Numbered from the stretch's first letter, positions 1 through 14,811 are shown. The stretch is DNA of 64,000 nucleotides from Bryobacterales bacterium (GCA_963422375.2 CAXXKD010000001.1:1-64000), one strand, 5' to 3'. Numbers and translations are program-made. The notes: a model not told the origin generated them from the sequence alone.

Positions 1-1
1 T

Positions 2-1390
2 GCCGAGGCCCAGGTCCGGGCGCTCGAGACGGCCAGCGCGGCCAGGGCCGATGGCCGGAGGGAGCATCTCAAGCTGGTCGCGGCCGAGGACCGCGAACTG
101 CGGAGTCGCGAGGAGAGCGCCCGCGCGACGATCGCGAGGAGCGCGGCCGGCGGGGATGCGGAATCCGAGGGAGAGGCCGCGGCCCGCAGATCGTTCGAGG
201 ACCAACTGCGCGGGCTGGAGGCCCGAAGGGTAGGTCTGGACATCGACCTCGGCGGCGCCGCCGACGGCGACGCGGTCGCTGAGATCGACGCGCAATTGGC
301 GGGCGTCGAGGTCCGGATCGAGGAGCTCCGCAATCGAGACCTCGGGCCGCTCGCGGCCCGCCTGGACAGAGTGGCCGGCATGGAGCGCCTGGCCGGGACG
401 ATCGAAGAGAACTCGGTCGCGGCCGCGGCGCAGGATGCCGAGGCCCGGATCGCCGCGCTGAGCGAGGCCAACGCCGCGGCGTTCGAGGCGGCGATCCGGC
501 GGGGCGCGGATCCGGAGCGGCTCGCGCTGGCCCTCGGAGAGTACGCGTCCGAGGGGTCGCAGCGCTTCCGGGCGGCCTCCGACGAGGCCTTCGAGGGCCT
601 CAAGCGAGACCTCGCCGCCAAGCGGCACGCGCTGCTCGCGGCGGCCGAGGAGTTCCGGCGCCGGGCCCGGGCGGCCGCAGGCGACGAGCGGCGGAACCAG
701 CTCTTCGAGAACGCCGCTGCCGCCGCGGCCGCCGCGGAGAATCTCCGGACGCAGCTCGGCGACGCGCCCGGGCTGCGGGCCGCGAATCGGGATCGGATCG
801 AGCGGGAGGCGCGCGAGAGGCTGGTCGACGAGCGCTTCCGCCGCCGCCAGGCGATCCAGAGGGATCTGCTGGCGCTGTCCGAGTCGATGTCCCGGACGCT
901 CTCCGACGGGCTGGCCCGGGCCGTCGAGCAGGGCGGCAAGCTGAAGGACCACTTCAAGGAGATCGGCCGGACGCTGCTGAACATGGCGCTCCGGAAGCTG
1001 GTCATCGACAAGGCGACGAGCGCGCTCTCCGGGGCCCTGTCGGGGCTGTTCGGCGGCGGGGGCGGCGGGGCGGCGCCCGGCAAGGCCGGCGGCGGCCCCG
1101 TCGAGGCCGGGCGGATCTACCGCGTCGGCGAGAGCGGCGTGGAGCTGTTCCGGCCGGCGGCGGCCGGTTCCATCGTGCCGAACCACCGCCTGCGGCCGCT
1201 CGCCGGCGGGAGCGAGGCGCCCGCGGTCACGCTCAACATCCGCGTCGAGTCCACGGACGGCCCCGGCGTGGAGGCGGCGATCCGGCGCCTGCGGCCGCTG
1301 CTGGCGTCCGACGCGGCCGAGCTCGCGAAGGGCGCGGTGAGAACGGACCTGGCGCGGGCGTCGGGGCTCAGAGGGACGCTGCGTGCCTGA
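2..1390 (+). CDS. Tail tape measure protein, C-terminal part (5' truncated by the window)
   Basis: Frame is open from base 2. Ala/Glu/Arg-rich helical sequence ending in the typical TMP C-terminal motif GGPVEAGRIYRVGESGVELFRPAAAGSIVPN. Confidence 0.85.
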   Translation, partial: AEAQVRALETASAARADGRREHLKLVAAEDRELRSREESARATIARSAAGGDAESEGEAAARRSFEDQLRGLEARRVGLDIDLGGAADGDAVAEIDAQLAGVEVRIEELRNRDLGPLAARLDRVAGMERLAGTIEENSVAAAAQDAEARIAALSEANAAAFEAAIRRGADPERLALALGEYASEGSQRFRAASDEAFEGLKRDLAAKRHALLAAAEEFRRRARAAAGDERRNQLFENAAAAAAAAENLRTQLGDAPGLRAANRDRIEREARERLVDERFRRRQAIQRDLLALSESMSRTLSDGLARAVEQGGKLKDHFKEIGRTLLNMALRKLVIDKATSALSGALSGLFGGGGGGAAPGKAGGGPVEAGRIYRVGESGVELFRPAAAGSIVPNHRLRPLAGGSEAPAVTLNIRVESTDGPGVEAAIRRLRPLLASDAAELAKGAVRTDLARASGLRGTLRA

Positions 1391-2030
1391 GGTCCAGCAT
1401 GCAGACGCGCGCCAGCATACCGAGGTACTCTCGCGCCCGGGCGGTCACCGGGACGGCCGGGGAGAGGCGAAGGCTGGCGTCCTCGTGAAAGATCCGGAAG
1501 CTGAATTCCTCGGAGGAGTGGATCCTGGCGAGCGCCCGCGCCGCGTCGATGCCGTAGAGCACGCCATGGCGCGGGCTGGGGCCGAGCGTGCCGAAGAAAT
1601 GCAGCGTCTCGCGCGAGTCCTCGCCCCGCTTCCGGAAGACGAGCTGCAGCCTCGCGCCGGGTCGACTGAATCCCAGCGGCTCTTGCGGATCCGAGGCGAG
1701 ACGCCGCGACTCGGCGACCGCCTCTGCGCCGCTTGCTGCCGGCCCGTTGGAAAAGGTAATCGACAGGCTTGTGAATGCCTGGCTTATCAATACCCGGAGG
1801 GGAGTCGTGGCCGGCTTGGCGCAGGTAAACCTGACGCTAAACCTGGACTCGTGTCTATCGTCGACGGTCACGTGGGCGGCACGGCCCTTGCCCTTCTCCA
1901 CGACCGGGGCCCAGTCCACGAGCCGGTCGGGATCCAGCCGGCCGTACGGCTCGTGCTGGGCCGCGGCGAGCGCCGCCGCGAGGAACGCGAGGAAGAGGAG
2001 GGCGGGGATGCGAGCGAAAGGGCCGGTCAC
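1368..2030 (-). CDS. Hypothetical exported protein on the opposite strand within the tail operon (moron-like)
   Basis: Signal-peptide-like N-terminus (RIPALLFLAFLAAALAAAQ). Fills the gap between TMP and the next tail gene. TACACT -10-like hexamer at 2063-2068 on the minus strand. Confidence 0.6.
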   Translation of the reverse strand: MTGPFARIPALLFLAFLAAALAAAQHEPYGRLDPDRLVDWAPVVEKGKGRAAHVTVDDRHESRFSVRFTCAKPATTPLRVLISQAFTSLSITFSNGPAASGAEAVAESRRLASDPQEPLGFSRPGARLQLVFRKRGEDSRETLHFFGTLGPSPRHGVLYGIDAARALARIHSSEEFSFRIFHEDASLRLSPAVPVTARAREYLGMLARVCMLDLRHAASL

Positions 2031-2101
2031 GCGGTGCGAGGCGCCTCCGGGGCGCCGGACCCAGTGTACCGCGGGGGCGACGGGGGCGACGGGGGCGATT
2101 C

Positions 2102-2689
2102 GTGGCGCTGATCCCGTTCCCGGCGGGCGTGCCGGTGACGCGCTCGGACCTGGCCCTGGGGCATCCCGGCCAGATCGTGCTGCGCTCGCCCTACGGCGGC
2201 GGGACGCAGGTGCTCGGGCGCGGTCCCGGCATCTGGTCCGGACGGCTCGAGATCGGCCCGGCCGACCGCGCCTCGGTCGCGGACCGGCGCGCGGTCGAGG
2301 CCTTCCTGGCGCGGCTGCGGGGGGCCGGGAACACGTTCGAGGCGCCGTTGCACCGCCCCAGCGGCGGCTCGCTCGTCGCCGGGGCCGAGCTGTCGGTGCA
2401 GGCGGCGGGGATCTACGCGGGCGGCCTGCGCGTGTGGGCGGACGGCTCCTCCGAGGGCCTCGTCGCGGGCGACTACGTGCGCATCGGCGAGCGCCTGTAC
2501 CAGCTGGTCTCGGACCTGCGGGGCGGCCGCTGCGAGCTGGAGCCGCCGGCGACGCCCTCCGCGGGGCGGGGCATCGCCTGGGAGGGCGTCACCTGCCTGG
2601 CGCGCCGGACCGGGCCCGAGCGCGAGCCGTGGAGGCTGGATCCCGACTTCGCCGGGCCGTGGGCGATCGAATGGGAGGAGGCGGCGTGA
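2102..2689 (+). CDS. Putative distal tail protein
   Basis: First tail-tip position after TMP. The SPYGGGTQVL...W and FLARLRG patterns are typical of siphophage tail-tip proteins. GTGA overlap with the next gene. Confidence 0.6.
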   Translation: MALIPFPAGVPVTRSDLALGHPGQIVLRSPYGGGTQVLGRGPGIWSGRLEIGPADRASVADRRAVEAFLARLRGAGNTFEAPLHRPSGGSLVAGAELSVQAAGIYAGGLRVWADGSSEGLVAGDYVRIGERLYQLVSDLRGGRCELEPPATPSAGRGIAWEGVTCLARRTGPEREPWRLDPDFAGPWAIEWEEAA

Positions 2690-3279
2690 CGGCTGAAGCC
2701 CCCTGGGTGCAGAACCTCGTCGAGCTGGCCTACCCCGGGGGCGCGACGCGGCTGTGGACGGGCCGCGGCGAGCTGAGCTTCGCCCCGGACGACGGCGACG
2801 CCGGCGGCGACGCCCGCAAGGTAGCCTGGACCGGCGGGGCGGCCCTCGGCATCGGCGAGCACGAGCGCGTGTCGGGCCGCCCCGAGCGCCGCATGAGCCT
2901 CGCGCTCTCGGGCGTGCCGCGCGAGCGGCGGGCCCGGTTCATGCAGGATCCCGGCCCGATCGAGGTGACCGTGCGCTGGGTGTACAGCCCCGACCTCGGC
3001 GAGAGCTGGCACGAGGTGCCCGGGGCGCGGTACCGGGGCCGCCTGTCGGGCGGGTCGCTGCAGGACGGGACGCTCGCGGTCGAGCTGGAGACCCTGCTCG
3101 GCGACGTGGAGCGGGGCCGGCCGCGGCGCTGGTCGCACGAGGACCAGCAGCGGCGCTCCCCGGCCCGCGAGGTCGCGGCCGGGGACGGGGGCGCGAAGCG
3201 GACCGTGCCGGCCGACCTGGGCCTCGAGCACATGCGGGCGCTGGCCCGCCAGGGAGTGGAGACGGCGTGGCCGCCCTAG
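2686..3279 (+). CDS. Putative tail hub / minor tail protein
   Basis: GTG at 2686 with a GGAGGAG RBS (3' part of ORF 1588..3279). Contains RLWTGRGEL and RRWSHEDQQRR...DLGLE...WP motifs. Confidence 0.6.
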   Translation: MTAEAPWVQNLVELAYPGGATRLWTGRGELSFAPDDGDAGGDARKVAWTGGAALGIGEHERVSGRPERRMSLALSGVPRERRARFMQDPGPIEVTVRWVYSPDLGESWHEVPGARYRGRLSGGSLQDGTLAVELETLLGDVERGRPRRWSHEDQQRRSPAREVAAGDGGAKRTVPADLGLEHMRALARQGVETAWPP

Positions 3280-3734
3280 CCGGCCCAGCCGGGCGCGAGC
3301 GGGCGCGGCGGGTCCGCGACGCCCTCGAGTCCGAGGGCCTCGGGCCGTCCGCCTGGCGCGAGCGCGACTGCGTGACGCTGCTGCGAGCGGTCGTGCGGGC
3401 CCTGTCGGGCCGCGAGCCCTCGCTGGCCCTGCCGGCCTGGACCGACGGCCTCGGCGAGCGCGAGGCGATCCTGCGAGCTCCCCGCGAGCACGGCTCGCTG
3501 CGGGACGGCTGGGCCGCGGTGCTGGACGCCGAGCCGCTGCTGCGGCGCGTCCCGCGGGGATGCCTGCCGCGGCCGGGCATGATCGCCCTGGCGGCGGTCG
3601 TCCTCGGCCCCGGGGGCGAGCGCCTGGCGGGCGCCTCGCCGGGCGTGATCGGCCCGGGCTGCGAGTGCTGGGTCCGGACGCCGCGGGGCATCGAGCGGGC
3701 GCACCCGGTCACGGACCTGTGGGAGGTCCGCTGA
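3267..3734 (+). CDS. Putative NlpC/P60-like tail assembly protein
   Basis: GTG at 3267 with GGAG upstream. W-x-x-x-DC motif (AWRERDC). Lies between the hub and the central fibre, like lambda gpK. Confidence 0.55.
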   Translation: MAALAGPAGRERARRVRDALESEGLGPSAWRERDCVTLLRAVVRALSGREPSLALPAWTDGLGEREAILRAPREHGSLRDGWAAVLDAEPLLRRVPRGCLPRPGMIALAAVVLGPGGERLAGASPGVIGPGCECWVRTPRGIERAHPVTDLWEVR

Positions 3735-3735
3735 G

Positions 3736-8928
<5,193 letters not shown>

Positions 8929-8935
8929 GAGCGAC

Positions 8936-10864
8936 ATGGATCCCGCCTACGTCATCAACGCCTTTCCCGAGCGGCGCGAGGCCGTCGCGTTCGAGCTCGA
9001 GCGCCACGGCGGCGCGGACCCGGCCGCGATCCGCTGGATCGGCGCCCCGCGCGGCAGCGCGGCCCGCGGCGAGCCGCTGTTCGCCTGGCCCCGCTGGCGC
9101 GAGGAGCGGACCGGGGCCCTGCTGACGTGGGGCGAGCTGGCCTGCTTCGCGGGGCACCTCGAGGCCTGGCGGCGCATCGCCGCCGGCGACGCGGGCGGGG
9201 GCTTCGTCTTCGAGGACGACGCCGCGCTGACGGCCCGCCTGGACGGGCTGCCGGCGGAGGCCTTCGCCGGCGCCGGCCTGGTGTACCTGCACTCGCAGTG
9301 GCGCTGCGAGCCCGAGCCGGGCCCGGGCCCCTGGTGCGCGGCGCCGTACACGTGGACGCTGACGGCCTACTGGCTCTCGCGGGAGGCCGCGGCCGGGCTG
9401 GCCGCGGCGGTCGATCCGGACCGGATCGTGCCGGCGGACGAGTACGTGCCGTGGCACTGCGGGACGTGGGACCCGGCCTTCAACCCGCGCGTGCGCGGCG
9501 AGCTGGGGCAGCAGCCGCCGGCGGGGATCGCGGCCCGCTGCCTGCGGGAGCGGCCGGCCGGGCCGTCCGGGCGCTGGGAATCGTCCACCGCGGCCGGCCT
9601 CTCCCCGCCGGCCTTCGACTTCGAGACGGTCGTCTTCGCCACCGAGCCGGCCCGGGCCGGGGAGGCGCTGGGGGCCCTGCGCGACCTCGGCTACCGCCCG
9701 CGGGTCCTCGGCGCGGGCGAGCCGGGCTGGGACGCCTCGGCGGAGGGCGGCATGCCCAAGCTGCGCTGGCTGCGGGAGGACCTCGCGGGATCCGACCCGC
9801 GGCGGCGCGTCGTGCTGGCGCTGGACGGCTACGACACGCTGCCGCTGGTCCCGGCCGCGGAGTTCTGGGCGCGCTTCGCCGGCATGGACTGCCCGGCGGC
9901 GATCTCCGGGGAGCGCGGGCTGTGGCCCCCGCGCAACGAGTGGGTGCCCGACCCGGAGCGCGCCTGGCAGGCGTACTGGGAGGACTGGCCGTGGCGCCGC
10001 GAGGGCGTCGCCGAGCGCTACCGGCACGCGTGCAGCGGCGCCTTCGCCGGGCACGCCGAGACGCTGGACTGGGTGCTGCAGGGCCTGCCGCCCGACGGCG
10101 ACGACCAGGCCTGGATGCAGGCCGCCGTGCTGGCCAACCCGCGCGCCTGGCGGGTCGACTCGGAGGCCTGGCTGTTCCAGTCGCTGGGCGGCGAGGAGGG
10201 CGCCGTCGAGCGGCGCGACGGCGCGGCCTTCAACGCGGCCACCGGCTGCTACCCGGCGATCCTGCACGCCAACGGCCCGCAGGCCTCGCTGGACCCGTTC
10301 CTGCCGGGCCCGCCGCCGGCGGCGCTCGAGCTGGACCCGGACGCCGGGCGCTGGCTGGAGCTGGCGCCGGGCGTCCTGGGCATGCCGTTCCTGTCGCGCG
10401 CGGCCTGCGCCGGGCTGCTCGAGAGAGCGGAGGCCAGCGACGCCTGGCAGCCGCTGGAGGGGGACGCCGTGCCGGGCGACGAGCTGCGCCTGCGCGCGCT
10501 GGACCCGGCGCTGCGGGCGTGGCTGGACGAGACCCTGCGCGCGGTCGTCGGTCCGGCGGTCGCGGCGCGCTGGCATCCCGCCGCCTGGAAGGACCCCTGC
10601 GACGCCTTCCTGATCCGCTACCGCCCGGACCGCCAGCCGTCGCTGCGGCTGCACGAGGACATCAGCTACCTGTCCTGCTCGATCCGCCTGCGGCGGGCCT
10701 GCGCGGGCGGGCAGCTGCGCTTCCCGCGCCAGAATTTCGACGACGGCGCGGCGGACGACGGCTGGCTGCTGCTGTGGCCGTCGCGGATCACGCACCCGCA
10801 CCGCGTGCTGCCGGTGCGGCGGGGGACGCGCGCCAGCCTGGTGGTGTGGACCCCGGAGAGCTGA
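8936..10864 (+). CDS. Three-domain collagen-modifying enzyme candidate: GT25 (COLGALT-like) + PLOD-type glycosyltransferase + PLOD-type lysyl hydroxylase (2OG-Fe(II))
   Basis: GT25 motifs: [44 protein letters not shown] motifs: [43 protein letters not shown]. Hydroxylase motifs: [48 protein letters not shown]. Confidence 0.88.
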   Translation: MDPAYVINAFPERREAVAFELERHGGADPAAIRWIGAPRGSAARGEPLFAWPRWREERTGALLTWGELACFAGHLEAWRRIAAGDAGGGFVFEDDAALTARLDGLPAEAFAGAGLVYLHSQWRCEPEPGPGPWCAAPYTWTLTAYWLSREAAAGLAAAVDPDRIVPADEYVPWHCGTWDPAFNPRVRGELGQQPPAGIAARCLRERPAGPSGRWESSTAAGLSPPAFDFETVVFATEPARAGEALGALRDLGYRPRVLGAGEPGWDASAEGGMPKLRWLREDLAGSDPRRRVVLALDGYDTLPLVPAAEFWARFAGMDCPAAISGERGLWPPRNEWVPDPERAWQAYWEDWPWRREGVAERYRHACSGAFAGHAETLDWVLQGLPPDGDDQAWMQAAVLANPRAWRVDSEAWLFQSLGGEEGAVERRDGAAFNAATGCYPAILHANGPQASLDPFLPGPPPAALELDPDAGRWLELAPGVLGMPFLSRAACAGLLERAEASDAWQPLEGDAVPGDELRLRALDPALRAWLDETLRAVVGPAVAARWHPAAWKDPCDAFLIRYRPDRQPSLRLHEDISYLSCSIRLRRACAGGQLRFPRQNFDDGAADDGWLLLWPSRITHPHRVLPVRRGTRASLVVWTPES

Positions 10865-10879
10865 GCGGGGAGCCGAGCG

Positions 10880-11722
10880 GTGCCCGCGTTTATCCGCTGG
10901 CGCGTCGAGGCCGCCGGGGGGACCGACTTCGGCGCGCCCCAGCCCGTGCTGGCGGGCCTGCCGGGCGGCCCCGGACAGCCCGGGCCCAAGGGCCTGCCCG
11001 GCCGGGCCGGACCGCCCGGAGCCCCCGGGCCGACCGGAGTCCCCGGGCGGGCGGGGCCGGCCGGGCTCCCCGGCCTCGAGGGGTTCCCGGGGCTGCCCGG
11101 CGCCGAGGGCGCCGGGGGCTCCCGGGGGGCCCGGGGGCTCCGGGGCCTGGACGGCGCGCCGGGCGCGAAGGGGGTTCCCGGCCGCCGGGGGGCGCCCGGA
11201 GCGCAGGGCGCGCGGGGGGATCCGGGGGGCCCGGGGGCGCAGGGGCGGCAGGGCTCTCCCGGCGCCCGGGGCCCGGCCGGCGCGCGCGCCGCGCGAGGCG
11301 AGGCCGGCAGGGGCGGCGCGGGCGGAGACCCCGGCGCGGGCGGAGACCCCGGCGCCCGGGGCGCCGGCGGCACCCCCGGAGACCGCGGCAGTCCCGGCTC
11401 CCGGGGAGACAGGGGCTCCCTGGGCGACAGGGGCCCCCCGGGCGCCGGAGGAGACGCCGGCGCCCCCGGAGACCGCGGCAGTCCCGGCTCCGGGGGAGAC
11501 GCCGGCGCCGCCGGAGGCATCGGTATCACCGGCTCGGACGGGGCCGGCGGGGCCGGCGGCGAGCCCGGGGGCGCCGGAGACCAGCCCAGCGGGCCGGACG
11601 GATGGTCCGGGCCGGCCGGACCGCCGGGAGACCCGGGCGGGAACGTCTACCTGCAGGCTTACGACGACGGGTACGGCGAGGGCTACTTCGACGGCGAGGA
11701 CGACTGCTACTCCGAGCAGTGA
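10880..11722 (+). CDS. Collagen-like protein A (280 aa; Arg/Asp-rich helix, acidic C-terminal tail)
   Basis: Long Gly-X-Y run; GGGGAG RBS; ends [24 protein letters not shown]. Confidence 0.9.
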   Translation: MPAFIRWRVEAAGGTDFGAPQPVLAGLPGGPGQPGPKGLPGRAGPPGAPGPTGVPGRAGPAGLPGLEGFPGLPGAEGAGGSRGARGLRGLDGAPGAKGVPGRRGAPGAQGARGDPGGPGAQGRQGSPGARGPAGARAARGEAGRGGAGGDPGAGGDPGARGAGGTPGDRGSPGSRGDRGSLGDRGPPGAGGDAGAPGDRGSPGSGGDAGAAGGIGITGSDGAGGAGGEPGGAGDQPSGPDGWSGPAGPPGDPGGNVYLQAYDDGYGEGYFDGEDDCYSEQ

Positions 11723-11730
11723 CGCGAGCG

Positions 11731-12597
11731 ATGCCGACGACGACGTGGACGACGGAGGCCGCCGCCGTCGAGCGGGACGACCTGCGCGCGCGGGACTTCG
11801 GCCCGGCGCGAGCGGACTCCGCGCTGCACCCGCCCGGGCCGCCCGGGCCGCGCGGGGAGACGGGCCCGCCGGGGCCCCGGGGCCCGGACGGGCCTGCCGG
11901 GCGCCCGGGGCCGCCCGGGCCGCGCGGGGAGACGGGCCCGCCCGGCGCGTTCGCCCGCGCCGGCGCCCCGGGCGCTCCGGGCCCGGCCGGCCCCAAGGGC
12001 TCCGCGGGCCTGCCCGGACAGCCCGGAACCCCCGGCGCTCCGGGCGCCAAGGGCTGGCCCGGACGGCAGGGCCTGCCGGGAGCCGAGGGAGCCGGGGGCG
12101 CCAAGGGCCGCAAGGGCTACAGGGGCCCCGGGGGCCCCGGGGGCTCCAAGGGCTCCAGGGGCGCCAAGGGCGCCAAGGGCTACAGGGGCCCCGGGGGCCC
12201 CAAGGGCGTCGAGGGCCGGAAGGGCTCCGACGGCGCGCGGGGCGCCAAGGGATACAGGGGCGCCAAGGGGACCAAGGGGACCAAGGGCTCCAAGGGGACC
12301 AAGGGCCTCAGGTCCTTCCCCTTCCGCGGGCCCCGGGGCCCCAAGGGCTACAGGGGCAGCCCCGGCCCGGCCGGCGGGACCGGCCGCGGGGGCTACGCGG
12401 GCGCGCGGGGCCCGCGCGGGGCCCGCGGGCCGGCCGGCGAGCCGGGCCCGATCGGCCAGGTCTACCAGGAGCCGCTGCGCGGCGACCCCGGGCCGAAGGG
12501 GCGCAAGGGCGCCAAGGGCAGGCGCGGCCGGACGCTGGGCTACTCCTCCGGGTACGCGGCCGGGCATGCTGACGGATACGCGGATGCCGGCTGCTAG
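11731..12597 (+). CDS. Collagen-like protein B (288 aa; X-Lys-Gly rich)
   Basis: ATG at 11731 (3' part of ORF 9127..12597). GPP/GPR triplets then [15 protein letters not shown]; ends [19 protein letters not shown]. Confidence 0.9.
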   Translation: MPTTTWTTEAAAVERDDLRARDFGPARADSALHPPGPPGPRGETGPPGPRGPDGPAGRPGPPGPRGETGPPGAFARAGAPGAPGPAGPKGSAGLPGQPGTPGAPGAKGWPGRQGLPGAEGAGGAKGRKGYRGPGGPGGSKGSRGAKGAKGYRGPGGPKGVEGRKGSDGARGAKGYRGAKGTKGTKGSKGTKGLRSFPFRGPRGPKGYRGSPGPAGGTGRGGYAGARGPRGARGPAGEPGPIGQVYQEPLRGDPGPKGRKGAKGRRGRTLGYSSGYAAGHADGYADAGC

Positions 12598-13435
12598 CGG
12601 GGCGCTGTGGACGATCGTCGCGCGCGCCCCGGACGCCCGCTCCGTGCGGGCCGGGGGCTTCGGCGCGCCGCGGCTGTACGCCGGCCCCGTCGGCCCCGTC
12701 GGCGAGCGCGGACGCCCGGGACCGCCCGGCGGCGAGGGGCACCCCGGACCGCCCGGACCGCCCGGACCGCGGGGCCCGCGCGGGCCCCGCGGCCGGCAGC
12801 GGCGCGGCGAGCGCGGACGCCCCGGGGCCGTCGGCCAGCGGGGCGCGCCGGGCGACCCGGGACCGGCGGGCCGGGGCGGCGACCCCGCCCCCGACGGCGC
12901 GCAGGGCGACAGGGGCGCCCGGGGCCTGCCCGGGAGGCAGGGCGACCCCGGCCCCGGCGGCGCGCAGGGCGACAGGGGCGCCCGGGGCCTGCCCGGGAGG
13001 CAGGGCGACCCCGGCCTCGGCGGCGCGCAGGGCGACAGGGGCGCCAAGGGCGTCAAGGGCTCCAAGGGGCGCAAGGGCTACAGGGGCGTCAAGGGCGCCA
13101 AGGGCGCCAAGGGCGCCAAGGGCGCCAAGGGCTCCGACGGCGCGCGGGGCGCCAAGGGCCCCAAGGGGTACAAGGGCGCCAAGGGGTACAAGGGCGCCAA
13201 GGGCGCCAAGGGCGCCAGGGGCCGGAAGGGCCCCAAGGGGTACAAGGGCGCCAAGGGGTACAAGGGGTATAAGGGATACAAGGGGAGCAAGGGCGAGGCC
13301 GGCTACTATTCCGGCAGCCCGTTCAACCCCGAGGACTACCGGGGGGCGCCCGGGCCGCCCGGCTCCAAGGGCGCCAAGGGCGCTTCCGGAGGAGGACGCA
13401 ACTATGGCCGGACGACGCTACCGCATGCTCGCTGA
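12584..13435 (+). CDS. Collagen-like protein C (about 283 aa; very X-Lys-Gly rich; start could be 12566)
   Basis: Gly-X-Y run ending in GAK/GYK/GPK arrays. The 12584 start gives an MP... N-terminus like proteins A and B. Confidence 0.88.
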   Translation: MPAASGALWTIVARAPDARSVRAGGFGAPRLYAGPVGPVGERGRPGPPGGEGHPGPPGPPGPRGPRGPRGRQRRGERGRPGAVGQRGAPGDPGPAGRGGDPAPDGAQGDRGARGLPGRQGDPGPGGAQGDRGARGLPGRQGDPGLGGAQGDRGAKGVKGSKGRKGYRGVKGAKGAKGAKGAKGSDGARGAKGPKGYKGAKGYKGAKGAKGARGRKGPKGYKGAKGYKGYKGYKGSKGEAGYYSGSPFNPEDYRGAPGPPGSKGAKGASGGGRNYGRTTLPHAR

Positions 13436-13667
13436 CGGCGACCCGGACAAGCTCTCGGCGGAGAGCTTCCGCGCTTTCGGCGAGCTGGCCGCGCGGCGCG
13501 GGAGGGCCCCCGTCACCCTCTGGGTGCTCGAGTCCGACGAGGAGCTCTCCGCCGAGGGCGCCCGCCCGCTGCGCCCGCTGCCGGACGGCACCTGGGAGGC
13601 TCCCGGCGGCCGCCGCTGGCGCCGCTTGACCGGGACCCCCGGCGGCGCGGAGGGCCCCCGCGCGTGA
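13404..13667 (+). CDS. Small hypothetical protein sharing a motif with the tail-fibre inter-collagen domain
   Basis: Strong GGAGGAGG RBS and GTGA coupling to the next gene. RPLRPLPDGTWEAPGGRRW resembles the fibre segment [19 protein letters not shown]. Confidence 0.65.
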   Translation: MAGRRYRMLADGDPDKLSAESFRAFGELAARRGRAPVTLWVLESDEELSAEGARPLRPLPDGTWEAPGGRRWRRLTGTPGGAEGPRA

Positions 13668-14218
13668 ACGGCCCCTGGAGCCTGGTGCCCGGCGCCGTCG
13701 ACGACTGCGCGGGCCTGCTGCGCGCGCTGCTCGACAGCACGGAGCTGCGCCCCGGCACCGTCAACGGCGACGGCTCCGTGCGCCCCGACATCCGCCGCTC
13801 CGCCGTCGGCTGGCCCGACCCCGCCCGCCACGCCGCCGAGCTCGCCCGCGTGCGCCGGGCCGTTCTCGCGGCCAACCGCGAGCTGTGGGGCTTCGATCTC
13901 GACGGCGGCGAGGAGTGGCAGCTCACGCACTACACCCATCTCGACGCGGGCGTCTACGAGCGGCACATGGACTGCTCGCTGGAGGGCGGGCGGCCGCGCT
14001 GCCGCAAGGTCTCCGTCTGCGTCAACCTGTCCGACCCGCGCGACTACGAGGGCGGCTCGCTGCGGCTGGGGGCCGTGGGCCAGCCCGACCGCGCGGCGCT
14101 GCGCCAGCGCGGCGCCGCGCTGGTCTTCCCCAGCTTCGTCGAGCATCGCGTCACGCCCTTGCTGGCCGGGGAGCGCTACTCCCTCGTCGCCTGGTTCTCC
14201 GGGCCGGCCTGGCGCTAG
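13664..14218 (+). CDS. 2OG-Fe(II) oxygenase (PKHD / prolyl-hydroxylase-like)
   Basis: HMD (HxD), RKVSVCVNLSDPRDYEGGSL, VFPSFVEHRVTP and GERYSLVAW motifs. Confidence 0.9.
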   Translation: MNGPWSLVPGAVDDCAGLLRALLDSTELRPGTVNGDGSVRPDIRRSAVGWPDPARHAAELARVRRAVLAANRELWGFDLDGGEEWQLTHYTHLDAGVYERHMDCSLEGGRPRCRKVSVCVNLSDPRDYEGGSLRLGAVGQPDRAALRQRGAALVFPSFVEHRVTPLLAGERYSLVAWFSGPAWR

Positions 14219-14240
14219 CCCGCGCCGCCGCGCCTACTGG

Positions 14241-14382
14241 TATAATGGAGAGATGCTGGCTCCGGCGTCAGCATCGTGATCTGGGCGCCGGGGCTGGCAG
14301 CTGCAGCAGCACCCGCTGCCACCCTCCCCTGGGTAGAGGGGCCGTGCACGGCCTAACTCCCCGAGGATAGGGGTGGCAGCGG
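14241..14382 (+). ncRNA. Candidate structured non-coding RNA downstream of an extended -10 (TGGTATAAT)
   Basis: TATAAT at 14241-14246. Hairpin 14252-14275. A 13-bp stem (14313-14325 with 14370-14382) encloses short hairpins. Confidence 0.4.
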
Positions 14383-14532
14383 ACCCTAGGCACGGTAGCG
14401 CGATCCGTGCGAGGGCCCTGAAGCCCCGCCGCACGGTACGCTGGGAGACGTCGAGCGGAACCCTTTGCGAGAGCGTTGCCGGGCGGGCCCGCGAGGGCCC
14501 GCCCTATTCGTATCGGGAGCGGGAGCGGGGCA

Positions 14533-14765
14533 TGGGAACGCGGACGCTGCACTTCCTGGCAGCCTTCGATCAGGTCTGCGACAGGGAGCTGCTTCCCATG
14601 AGGCAGGCCGAGGAATGTGGCGCCCGGAGAACAATCGACGAGGCGGCGGCAGTGGCGCTCGGTATCGCTCCCGATGCAATCGCGGACTGGAGAAGGCGTT
14701 TGGCGTTGGAGCCGACGATCACCAATGTGCGCGTCAGGGAACCCGGGAGCGAAGAGGCATCCTGA
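14533..14765 (+). pseudogene. Possible C-terminal remnant of a large DNA methyltransferase / type IIG R-M gene
   Basis: LAAFDQVCDRELLPM...RRTIDEAAAVALG...WRRRLALEPTI resembles such C-termini from memory. Sits at the edge of the R-M island. Confidence 0.35.
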
Positions 14766-14811
14766 GCATGGCCCTGAACGCGAAGCACACGGATTTCCAA
14801 GGGGCTTGAGC

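Noticed and set aside
14313..14382. tRNA gene
   Set aside because: Cloverleaf-like, but it lacks the TTC T-loop, a 7-nt anticodon loop and a CCA end; kept only as a generic ncRNA candidate.
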